Notes under the pieces: generated by a model
Database searches by the model: none
What the model saw: the letters and a program-made list of their open reading frames with translations, nothing else
Told to the model about the DNA's origin: nothing
Shown here: positions 53,697 through 64,000 of the stretch, piece by piece
Layout of the letters: every line of letters starts with the position of its first letter
Position numbering within the stretch: position 1 is the first letter of the stretch
DNA from: Camelus ferus
Taxonomy: Eukaryota
Length of the DNA stretch: 64,000 nucleotides
Direction: 5' to 3'
NCBI RefSeq assembly: GCF_009834535.1
Contig: NC_045697.1
Location: 33,110,001-33,174,000 of the forward strand
Program-made: the position numbers and the translations under genes

Positions 53697-54352
53697 AACA
53701 CTCAGGCCTTATTTACAAATGGTTCTGTAGGATTAGGTAGAACCACCCAAAAGGAGACAACTTCAGTTTAACAGTTTTATTCCAGGACATCCCTGAATAA
53801 AGTGAAAAAAACTTCCAATAGGCAGAACTTCGAGTAGTATATAGTTTTTTGGGGTTTTTTTTTTTTTTGGTTTTGGTTTTTTTTGAAATTAGAGATTATC
53901 AGAGACAGTATCCACATTAATTCGTAGGTTGTGGCTAAAACTCAGAGACTGGAAGGGACACATTTGGAAAATTGGTGACAAGAAAGAATGAGGAAGAGAT
54001 ACTTGGATAGACAGGGAACACAGGATATCTAGATATTTTCCGTTCCTTCTGTGAATTCTGACTAAAGATAGTCTCAGCAAAATAAGACCTTACATTCATG
54101 TGAACAAGATGATATGTTGTATGACTGTCAGTTAGCCTCTTTCCCCAGTCACCCATGCCATTACACACTGCACTCTTACACAAAGTGATGAATGTTATGT
54201 GCAGACTTAACAACATACATTCACCAAGTATGATGTGACTTGGCAAATTTCCAACCAGGGAATAGCAGATACTAATACTTAGTTCCCAGTATGGTACCAT
54301 TCCCCAAGGTCATCAACTAGCCACCTGGTAGCAGGCAGATTAAATAGGATGC
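51000..54352 (+). mobile_element. Decayed ERVL (class III) internal region: gag-pro-RT-RNaseH-start of integrase
   Basis: Hand translation gives gag QKPGEPLWE*VLSML (~51130); RT LKDEGVVLLAKYPFRLPIWLIQKADGYKRIRVDYQK (~52420); active site degraded to H*VDDTILIG (~52787-52816); RNaseH ALFTNGS (~53706); integrase QYGTIPQGHQLATW*QAD*IG (~54287-54350). Many stops and frameshifts. Confidence 0.9.
53658..53697. repeat. (AAC)n trinucleotide microsatellite inside ERVL pol
   Basis: About 12-13 AAC units. Confidence 0.95.
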
Positions 54353-57300
54353 CATTTTCTTCTGCAAATTACTTGAGTTGTTAAGATTGGAGGTTGTAAG
54401 AAATACCACAGTTTCCAGTTTTCCCTTTTTCCCTATTCCTTCACTGCCAGCTTTCTTCTCCAATTGCTATCCCTGCTGACCTATAGCCATTTTGGACTCA
54501 CCACCACCCACAAAATTTTACAGAAGCCTGACTCATTTTGAGCAAAAGTAAAGGGTGGTCTGAAAGAAATCCAAATTATAAAGTCTCCAAGAATACTAGT
54601 GTCTAAATATGTGCGGATAAATAAGGTCTGATGTGTTGACTCTCAATGTGAAAGATATTTTTACATTAAATATTTATGGACAGATCACATATATACGATC
54701 ATCATCAGATATCCACAACTATTTTTCTGTACTTCTACAGTGTATATGTGTTCCATTTATAGCAGTTGGTATTTTATATTGTGGTGTTTGTCATAACAAC
54801 ATAGGGTACACCCTCTCTATGGCAGGGACCCTCTCTGTTGCCTTTGGGTCCCTAATACCTAGCTGTAGTGGCTACACTGTAATTGTTGAATCAAAAAGAG
54901 TTAATTGTGAATTATCTGTCAGTCTGTCTACCTATCTGCAAGCTAACTAGCTATAGAAATGAGAACATTTAAGTCATGAAGACATAATCAATAATTGAAG
55001 ATTTGTCACAAATTCGGGTTTACAGGATGGTATTTAAGGGTGAATATGGTGAGACAGTTCTCATTGGAAACTGAGATGGTACAAGGATTTGGTGCAAATT
55101 TAGCCCTTCAAAATTGTGATACATTGCATATTTGTTGGTCAAAACAAGACTTGAAAGTTAATCATGGAAATTATATTATATCTCATGGGTAAAAGTGAGA
55201 AATATATTTGTCTGGCTATCCAGGGTAATGACAAAGAATACGAATCTGGACAGTTACTCTCTGAAACAAACTATGAGGCATAGAAGGGAGAAATTAAAAA
55301 AAATGAGGTCAAATTCATATTAAAATATTTTACAAGTAGAGTAGAAGGGGAGGAAGCATCTAGAAATTTACACAACATATATGCATAATATTGTAAATAT
55401 TTCCCCATAATTAAATATTTGATTAATACTGCTGATTCTTAGAAGTCTTTATGACATTAATTTCAGCCATATTTTTTCCATCATAGGAATTACAAACATC
55501 TGTATGTTATTCTTTGAAAACTGAATTTGAATTTTATTTTAGTATTACAATATTTTTTCTTTGAAGTCAGTAATTCACTTGATAACAGTCCCTTCATTGC
55601 TGCTAAAGACATCCATAAATCATTCTGCCCAGAACAAATGTTTAAATGGTTATAAAGGCATGGAATTATCTGCCATGGTCTTTAGGAATAAATTGGTCAT
55701 CAATAATTCTTTTTCATTGAGAAGAACTTTAACTTAAAGAACATATTAGATAATTTCATGCTTTTATAAACACTGAAAAGTAGCCTAGGACTTATTAATT
55801 TTTGAACCATATTTCCGAATCCAGCTGTTTAAGTGGACACTTTAAAAATAGAAATTCCACCACCTTATACAATCTGATTCAAGGTTTCAGAGGTAAAATG
55901 CTGAAATTTGTATTTTTAAGAAGCTTCTCAGGAGATACCTAAGCAAAGGATACAGAGGCCTGCATGGAAACCACCAATACCATATACAATGGCCAAATGC
56001 AGTCAATACATATTTGTTCACTATATATATGTGACCAGCTTTGCTAAGTTTATCACATTTATAAGAATATTAAAATATTTCCATGAACTTAACGAGTATT
56101 TCTAAACCAACAAAATGATTATCCTTCTCTTAGGGTTTGGTGACCTCTTAATGAAAGGATGGATGGGATTCATAGTCTTTGAACTTCATTTTACACGAAT
56201 AATATACATGCATTTTTTTTCTGGGAAGAAGTTCCATCAAACTCTCATTGATTCAGCAAATATTGGACTACCTGTAAGGGATTATTTTTCCCCTCCCTTA
56301 AAGGTTAAGAACTGTTGCCCTCAATTACTCATATAGCTGTTGACATGCATATATGTTGATCTTTCTTCTAGGCTCACAACCAACATCATTTAAATTTTAA
56401 GCACAGTGCAATTACCATGTATTTATATACCTTCAGAATACAAAGGAAATGGTGTGATCAGGAAACAAGGTCAAATAATATCACTTTCCCATATTAATTT
56501 ATATGTGGATTAGCCTCAGAAGTTTACTTTTTTCATGCTGGAATTCAAGACAGAAATTATTGCTTTCAGAGAACTCCATCAGCCCTCTCTATAGCTCAGT
56601 TGACTGCAGGGCAAGAACTTGCTGCTGACAGACATGGTGGAGGGTCATGGCTTTGAAGTCTTTGGAGTACATGTTGTTTTAGTCTGTTTGGTAGCTGTAG
56701 TCTGTATGGATTTAAAGTTGGTTAGTCAACCAAACAAGGACAGTATAGATTTAATTGATCAATGTCACCCTGAAAGAAAATTAAAAGGCATTTTTTGAAA
56801 GATAGTAAAAAATATGAGGCTAAAAGAGAAAATGTACTTATATACTGGATGACAGAATTTAGTTCTGGGAAGTTTTGACCCAGTTAAAATCTAACAGAAA
56901 TGACTGTAAATAACTGCTTAGGTTGTTTTAGATCATGATTACTAAGATAATTTCCAAATGGTAAAATTTACCGTTTAGAAGTACAATTCCATAGGTTTTG
57001 ACAAATATATATAATTGTGTCACTATGAAGACATAGAATATTCCCACTATCCCAAGTTTCACCATACTTCTTTGTAGTCAAGCCATGTCATACCCCGTCC
57101 TGGAAATTATAGTTTTGATGTCTATCTCTGTACTTTGCTTTTTCCAGAATGTAATATAAACAGAACACAAAATACGCAGTTTTGTATTTCTGTGTCTTTC
57201 ATTTACCACAAAAAATTTAAGATTCTGCTCTATTAGATGCTGTCAATATTATGTTCCTTTTATTGGGAATCAAAATTTAATGTATGGATGTACCAAGCTT

Positions 57301-59174
57301 TGTTTATTCATTGTATGTTTTTTCTTTTTCCAGTTGCTGCTATAATCAGTTTTATAGTCTTTTTTGGTGGAGATATATCTTCATTCTCTTGGTTAGATGC
57401 TCGGGGTGAGGATTGCTGGGTTGTATCTTTTACTATATTATATTATATACACAGAAGCATCTTATGTATTATACATGAACTGCTAAACTGTTCTCCAAAG
57501 TGACTTCACCATTTGTTTTCCTGGAAGTAGTGTGCAACAGTTGCTGTGCATTCTTGTCAACATTAGGCATTGCCATTTTTCAGCCATGCTGATTAACATG
57601 TGTGTAATGAAATCTCATTTTGGTCTTTAACGATGTTGAACCTTTTGGATATGCTTGTTTGCCATCCATCTCTCTCTTAAAGAGTCTATTCAAAATTGTT
57701 TTCCATTTCTAATGTATTATTGTTATTATCATTATTACTGTTGTTGAATTATAAGGATTTATATTAGTTTTTTAATGGATATATGGTCTGTAAATATTTT
57801 CTCCAAGTCTGTAGTTTGTCTTTTTATTTTCTTTAGTGTCTTTTAAAAAACAAATATTTTTAATTTTGAGAAGTACAAGTATCAATGTGGTTTTCTTTTA
57901 TGGTCTGTGATTTTATGATCTATCTAAGAGCTCTTTTCTTAATCCAAGCTCAGAAAGATCTTCTCTTATGACTGTTTCTAAAAGTTTAAGTCTACAATCC
58001 AATTTGTGTTGATTTTTGAGTATTGAGCAAAGTATGCATTGGTCTCCTATTTTTAATGTAGATATCCAGCTGGTGCATTGCCATTTGTTGAAAAGACTAT
58101 TCTTTCTCCGTTTTATTACCTTGTCAACTTTTGTTGAAAACTAATTGCTAGTATATATATAAGCCTATTTCTGGACTTTCTATTCAGAGCCAATGATCCT
58201 TATGCTAATACCATACTGTCTGGAATATAGTACATTTGTTATAAGTCTTGAAATCAGATATTAGGAGTTCTACTTCATTCTTTGTTTTCAAAATGGTTTT
58301 GACTATTTTAGATTCTTTACATGTCCATAAATATTTTAAAATAAACTTATTAATCTATAAAAAAGAAGTACACTGCTAGGATTGTGTTTGAAATTACTTT
58401 GGATCCACAAATCTATTTGGGAATCACTGACATTTTAATAATATTGAGTCTTCCAAATAATTTTTCGTTTATTTAGGTCTTCTTTGATTTCTCTCACTGA
58501 TGTTTTAGTTTTCATTATATTCATTTTATACATACTTTATTAGATTTTTCCCTAAGTGGTTCCCCTTTTTTATCCTATTGTAAATCATATTTTTTAATTT
58601 TCAGTTGTTTACTGTAAGTATATAGAAATATAAAATTTGATTTTTATTTCCCATCTATTTAAATTTTATATTTTTAAATCTTGAATATATTATGTTAAAT
58701 TTTTTCTGTAGATGTCATTTTCATCCTATTTTAAATAGTAATTTTAAATTTTAAATTTAATTTTTTGATGACTGATATAAATTGAAATGGTTTTAGTAAA
58801 TCAGCTTCTATCCTGCAATTCTACTAAATACATTAATTGATACTAGAGAAATTTTGTAAATTCTTTTGGGTTTTCTATGTAGATAATTATATCAAAGTAT
58901 GAATTAGTTTTAGTTATTCTTTCCCATTTCTATACCTTTAATTTTTTCTTGCTTCATTTCACTGGTTAGGACATTCATTATGACATTGACTCATAATGGT
59001 AAGAGAGGACATCACTGTCTTTCTCTCGATCTTAGCAGAAATGTGTCAACATTATATGTGATATTAGCTGCACTGGGGAATGGGACGTAGTAAATGCCTT
59101 TAACCAGGTTGAGAAAGTTCCTTTTTATTCCTCCTTTGCTGACAATTTTTAGCATAAATGCCAAATTATTTTTG

Positions 59175-59392
59175 GGAAAGGAAAGGAATGGAGTGTTCCT
59201 AAAAGCCTCTGGAACACTCCATTCCTTCCTAAAAGCCTCTGGAGAGAGTGCAGCCTTGCCAACTCCATGATTTACACCCACTTATACTGAGTTCAAACTT
59301 TTAGCCTCCAGAAGTGTGAGAGAATAAATTTCTGTTGTTTTAATCCACCAAATTTGTAGTAATTTGTTGTAGCAGCCAGAGGAAACTAATAC
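59175..59392 (+). mobile_element. MaLR LTR 3' part (MLT1D-like)
   Basis: agcctctggagagagtgcagccttgccaac...tagcctccagaagtgtgagagaataaatttctgttgttttaatccacc...gcagccagaggaaactaataca. Confidence 0.85.
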
Positions 59393-59725
59393 AGTGTTCT
59401 TGAGGGTTATTATTTCGTAGTGTTTTCCTTCCTCATAAAATGAGTTGGAAATTCTCAACCTTGTCCTATAGCCTAGAAGAATATGTGTAACTGGTACCAT
59501 TTCTTCCTTTAATGTTTGTTAGTAATTTGCCAGTGAAGTTATCTAGGCTGGAGTTCTCTTTGTTGGGAAGTTTTTAACTACAAACTCAATTATTTTAATA
59601 AATATGTAGTCAACTCTGTTATTTATTTCTTTTTGAGTGAATATTGTAAGTTTTTATATTTTAAGAAAATTGTACTAATTTACTGGCTTAAAATTGTTCA
59701 TAATTTTGACTTATTATCCTTTTAA

Positions 59726-59970
59726 TCTAGGTTTTCAAACTGTAGTCTGAGGGCCAGCTCTGGCCCACTGACTGTTTTTCTATGCCCCACAAGGTAAAAA
59801 GTGTTTTTTACATTTTTAAATGGTTGCAGAAACAAACAAACAAACAAACAAACAAACAAACAAACAAACAAACAAACAGTACTAGGCTACAGAGGCTGTA
59901 TTGTGGCATGGAAATTCCAATATTTACTAGTGGTAATTTTAAAGAAAAAAATTGCCAAAATTTAGCCTGT
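59726..59970. mobile_element. MER58-like hAT element containing (AAAC)12
   Basis: caaact...gggccagctctggcccactgactgttttt...tttacatttttaaatggttg...aatatttacta...aaaaaattgcc; AAAC run at 59830-59877. Confidence 0.7.
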
Positions 59971-62716
59971 AGAATCTAGAGATGCCACTTCTTTCATTCC
60001 TGATTTTGATAATTTGTGTTTTTTTTTCTCTTGATTTTCTGATCACTCAGGCTGAAGATTGTCCGTTGTACTGATATGTTCAAAGAACCACCTTTTTGCT
60101 TCATTGGTGTTCTTTGGTGTTTTTCTGTTTTTAATTTAAATTATTCCTGTTTTTATTTTTATTATTTTATTTCTTTTCCTTCTTTTTTTACTTTTAATCT
60201 ATGTACACCTTTATACATAGTTTCTTTATAGGTCATATGTAGTTCAGTCTTATTTTTTATCCAATATGATAAGCCCTTCATTTTATTTGAGATATTTAGA
60301 CCATTTTAGTTTAATCAAATCTTGGATTTGATGAGTTTTAAATCTATCATATTGGTAGTTGTCTTCTGTTTGTTCCATCTGTTCTTTTCTCTCTTTTCAT
60401 CCTTTTTTATGTCTTTTTGTATTAATTGAGTATTTTTATGATTTCATTTATTTTCACTACTACTTATACCTCTTTTTGAAGTTATTTATTTAGTCAATTT
60501 TTAGCTTGAAATAATTTCAGACTTACAGAAAAGAATAATTAAAAAAAGAGCACCCTCCTGTGATAGTCCCAAAGGTAAAGATTTTTCCACACCTTTGATC
60601 ATTTTGTTTCCATATATACATATTCTGCTTCATAATATTGTTATCAATCATCATCATTATTATTAAACCATTTAAGGGTAAGTTTAGACAAGATATCTCT
60701 CAGCTCTAAATAATTTTGTGTGTGTTTCCTAGGATCAATGATCCAAATCAGGAATTAAAACTTGTTGCAATACTATTATCTAATTTATAGACGTTAATCA
60801 AACTTTGACATTTGTTTGAATAATATTGTTTATAGCCCATCTGTCTTTGTGTATTTTACCCTTGATATTTTTTAAGAGAGTAGACAAGTTATTTTGTAGA
60901 ATGTTTCTCTGGAGTTTTCTGACATTTCCTCACGTTAGATTTCGGTTATACAATTTTAGCAAGAACACAAACAAAAAAATATATCCTTCTCCATGCATCA
61001 TGCCAGGAGGCACAAGTCATATTTTTTTTCACCCTTTTTTCCCACAAGCCCATTCCCCACCTTTGGCGACCACCAGTGTGTTCCCTGTATCTATGAACTT
61101 GGTTTTGCTTTCTGTTTTTTTAGATTCCACATTAAAGTGAGATCATAGAGTATTTATCTTTCTCTGTCTCACTTATTTAACTTAGTATAATACCATCTAG
61201 GTCCATCCATGTTGTCAGAAATGGAAAGATTTTATTCTTTTTTTGTTGCTGAGTAATATACTCACAACATACCACAATTTCTTTATTCATTCATCTATCA
61301 GTGAATACTTAGGTCATTTTCATATCTTGGCTACTGCAAATAATGCTGCAATGAATATGGGGTGCAGATGTCTTTTTGAGTTACTGTTTGCATTCCTTTG
61401 TATAAGTTGAACTGCTGGATAGTTCTGTTTTAAACTTTTTTTAGAAACCTCCGTTCTCTTTTCCAGAGTGGCTTCACCAGTTCATATTCTCATCAAAATT
61501 ATATGAGGGTTCCCTTTTTGCACATCTTCACTGACACTTGCTATTTGTTTGTTTGTAATAGCCATTCTAACAAGTGTGAGGTGATTTCTCACTGAGATTT
61601 TGATTTGCACTTCCTTGAAGATGAATGGTGTAGAGCATCTTTTCATGCATCTGTTGGCCATCTGCATGTCTTCTTTGGAAAAATGTCTGTTTAGATTTTC
61701 TGCCTATTTTTTAACCCAATTGTTTGTTTGTTTTTTGTTGTTGTTGCTATTGAGTTATATGTGTTATTTATATATTTAGGATATTAGCTCCTTCTCAGAT
61801 ACATGATCTGCAAATTTCTCTCCTATTCACTGGGTTGCCTTTTCATTTTGTTGATGGTTCTCTTTGCTGTAAAGAAGCTTTTTAGTTTGATGTAGTTCCT
61901 CTTGCTTATTTTTGCTCTTGGTGTCAGATTATAAAAATCATTGCCAAGACCTATACAGAGAAGCTTACTGTTTATGTTTTATTCTAGGAGTTTTTATGCT
62001 TTCAGGTTTTACATTTAAGTCTTTAATCCAATTTGAATGTATGTTACTTATATTTCTTTTTCTTGTAGTTGCCATAGGGCTTACAATATGCATCTTTAAC
62101 ATCAGATTTTATATCAAATAATATTATACCAATTCACAAAGAGTTTAAGAAAATTATAACAGTATAAATCAATTATGTATTCCCACCCATTGCACTATTA
62201 TTCTCATAATTTTACTTTCATATATGTTGTAAGTCCTATATTATATTAATACATTTTTGCTTTGGAGAATGAAATATGTTCTAGATATTAAGAATAAGAA
62301 AATATGTAGTTTCTAGTTGCGTCTCTTTTTGTGTGTATGTTATTTCCCATATTACTTTTTCTTTGCCTAGATTCAAATTTCTATCTGGTATCATATTTCT
62401 TAACATGGTTTGAAAAATTTCTTAAAATAGTCTGCTGGCAATAAAAAATGTTCTTTATTTCATCTTAGTTTTTTGCAAGATATATTCTTTGGGCATACAA
62501 TTCTGCCTTGAGTGTTTTTACTTTTCTCCATTATTTAAAGATGTAAACCTTTTATATTCTGGCTTGCATAATTTCTGATCAATAAGATTTTTTTTTCTTT
62601 CTATGTAATGTTCTCTTTTTTTTCCTGATTGTGCTAAAATTTTTTGAAATATTTTTTCACCAACATTTTGACTATGATGTATCTAAGTGGGTAATTTTTG
62701 TTAGTTTGTTTCTCTT

Positions 62717-62722
<6 letters not shown>

Positions 62723-62766
<44 letters not shown>
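62723..62766. repeat. (TA)n microsatellite
   Basis: About 21 TA units with one interruption. Confidence 0.95.
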
Positions 62767-63390
62767 CTGATTAAGAGTCTGTGGACATCTTGGCAATTAC
62801 CTCTTCAAATATTACTTCTGTACCCCGATTTTCTTTTCTCCTTCTGGGACTCCAATTATCCATATACTTGACTGTTCCATATTGTTTCTTTGTTCTTGAA
62901 TTCCCTCTTTTTTCTTCTTTCTTTCTTCTTTTATGTCCAACCTACTAATAAATCCATCAAAGGAATTCTTTATCTCATGACATTTTTTAAAATTCTAGTA
63001 TTCTTATTTTGCTTTCTTATGCTGTCCATCTTTTTGCTAAAATTGCCTCACATGTGTATGTTACCTACCTTTTCCAGTAGATCTTGTAACATACTAATTT
63101 TATGTAAATGTCTCTATCTCATAATCCAAGACCAGGACCATCCCCAAGTCTGATTTTGTCGATTGCTTTATCTCTTGACAATAATTTTAATTTTTTTGTC
63201 TTACATTTTTAGATGTCATAATTTTCTTGAGTAAGTGTCAGGAATAATAAAGACTAAAGTAAATAGTATTTTTGCTGGAAAATGGTCATGCCTCTTTTGC
63301 CATGCTGTCAGTGTAGGGGGGTAAGCTAATTTAGTTTGCAGTTGAACTCTATTTGGGTTTTGTTATTGTTATTATTACCTTCAGAGATAT

Positions 63391-63874
63391 TATGATTGTT
63401 AATTTTCTCTGTCAGTTTGCCTGGGCTAAGGGATACCAAGACAGCTTGTAAAACATTTTTTCTGGGTGTGTCCATGAGAATATTTTCAGAAGATATTAGC
63501 ATGTGAATAGGGAGACTGAGTAAAGAAGATTGCCCTCACAAATGCATCATTCAATCTGTTAAAGCTCTGATTAGAACAAAGAGACAGAGGAAGGGAGAAT
63601 CTGCTTGTTGTGCTTAAGCAGGGATATCTAACTTATCCTGCCCTAGAACATCGATGCTTCTGGTTCTTGGGCTTTTGGACTCAGACTGGAACTCATACCA
63701 CTGGCCTCATGGTTCTCAGTTGTTTCCTGGGCCTCCAGCTTAGTGATGGCTGATCATGGGACTTTTTAGCCTCCATAATAATGTGAGAAAATCCCTTACA
63801 GTAAATCCTTTTCTATGCATCTGTTTGTATACACCCTTTTAGTTCTATTTCTCTAAAGAACCCTGACTGATACA
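63391..63874 (+). mobile_element. MLT2-type ERVL solo LTR
   Basis: Starts tatgattgttaatttt...gtcagtttgcctgggctaaggga, contains gactgagtaaagaagattgccctcac, ends tctctaaagaaccctgactgataca. Flanks gatat/gatgc may be a degraded 5-bp TSD. Confidence 0.88.
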
Positions 63875-64000
63875 GATGCATATTCTTCAAATTATTTTAG
63901 TAATGGGCTGTCCTTACCTTGTGTGTAAAGTGGGGAATAGAGTACCAGCTTTTTTTAGTGGCCTTGCTTCTCTTTCAATGTTAGTAATTTCTGCATACCT

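Larger units (their letters stand above)
56945..63390 (-). mobile_element. Large composite of old L1 segments with nested insertions
   Basis: T-rich reverse L1 3'UTR and ORF2 (ccatttgttgaaaagactattctttc, ttgagtcttccaa). Younger L1MA-like insert at about 61030-62040 (ORF 61482..61667 [13 protein letters not shown] is L1 ORF2). L1MC-like 3' end at about 60490-61020. Confidence 0.85.

Noticed and set aside
51000..54352. Domesticated ERVL gag gene (Fv1-like)
   Set aside because: Numerous stops and frameshifts and no long + strand ORF.
63391..63874. MLT2 LTR as the 3' LTR of the ERVL internal region
   Set aside because: It is 9 kb away, embedded in L1-like sequence on both sides with a possible TSD, and has no adjacent integrase remainder or PPT, so it is an independent solo LTR.
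1..64000. CRISPR arrays, tRNA/rRNA genes, processed pseudogenes or GABRA2 exons
   Set aside because: None recognised. The DNA is eukaryotic, all tandem repeats are simple microsatellites, and no second receptor gene exon was seen.

Overview
AT-rich, repeat-rich eutherian mammalian DNA carrying the 5' half of GABRG1 (GABA-A receptor gamma-1 subunit) on the minus strand. Coding exons 1-4 lie at 42753-42856, 27374-27522, 12261-12328 and 566-786. All junctions are GT-AG with matching phases (2,1,0,2), giving 542 nt of intact CDS; later exons fall left of the window. The promoter (about 42860-43100) has two CCAAT boxes and a GC box, and a perfect RFX X-box palindrome lies about 1 kb upstream. The rest is mainly transposon relics: nested L1s, L2, MIR, MaLR/ERVL LTRs, hAT MERs and a decayed 3.5-kb ERVL gag-pol segment. 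I saw no Alu, B1/B2, Bov-tA, PRE-1 or SINEC, and the young L1 3' ends look artiodactyl-type, so a camelid-like laurasiatherian is a tentative guess. Nearly all ORF-track entries are spurious. I found no convincing novel biological system. The best second-look items are the X-box set, a clean 30-bp template-switch scar at about 59.2 kb, and the LTR-less ERVL. Repeat family names come from my recollection of consensus sequences, and repeat boundaries are approximate.
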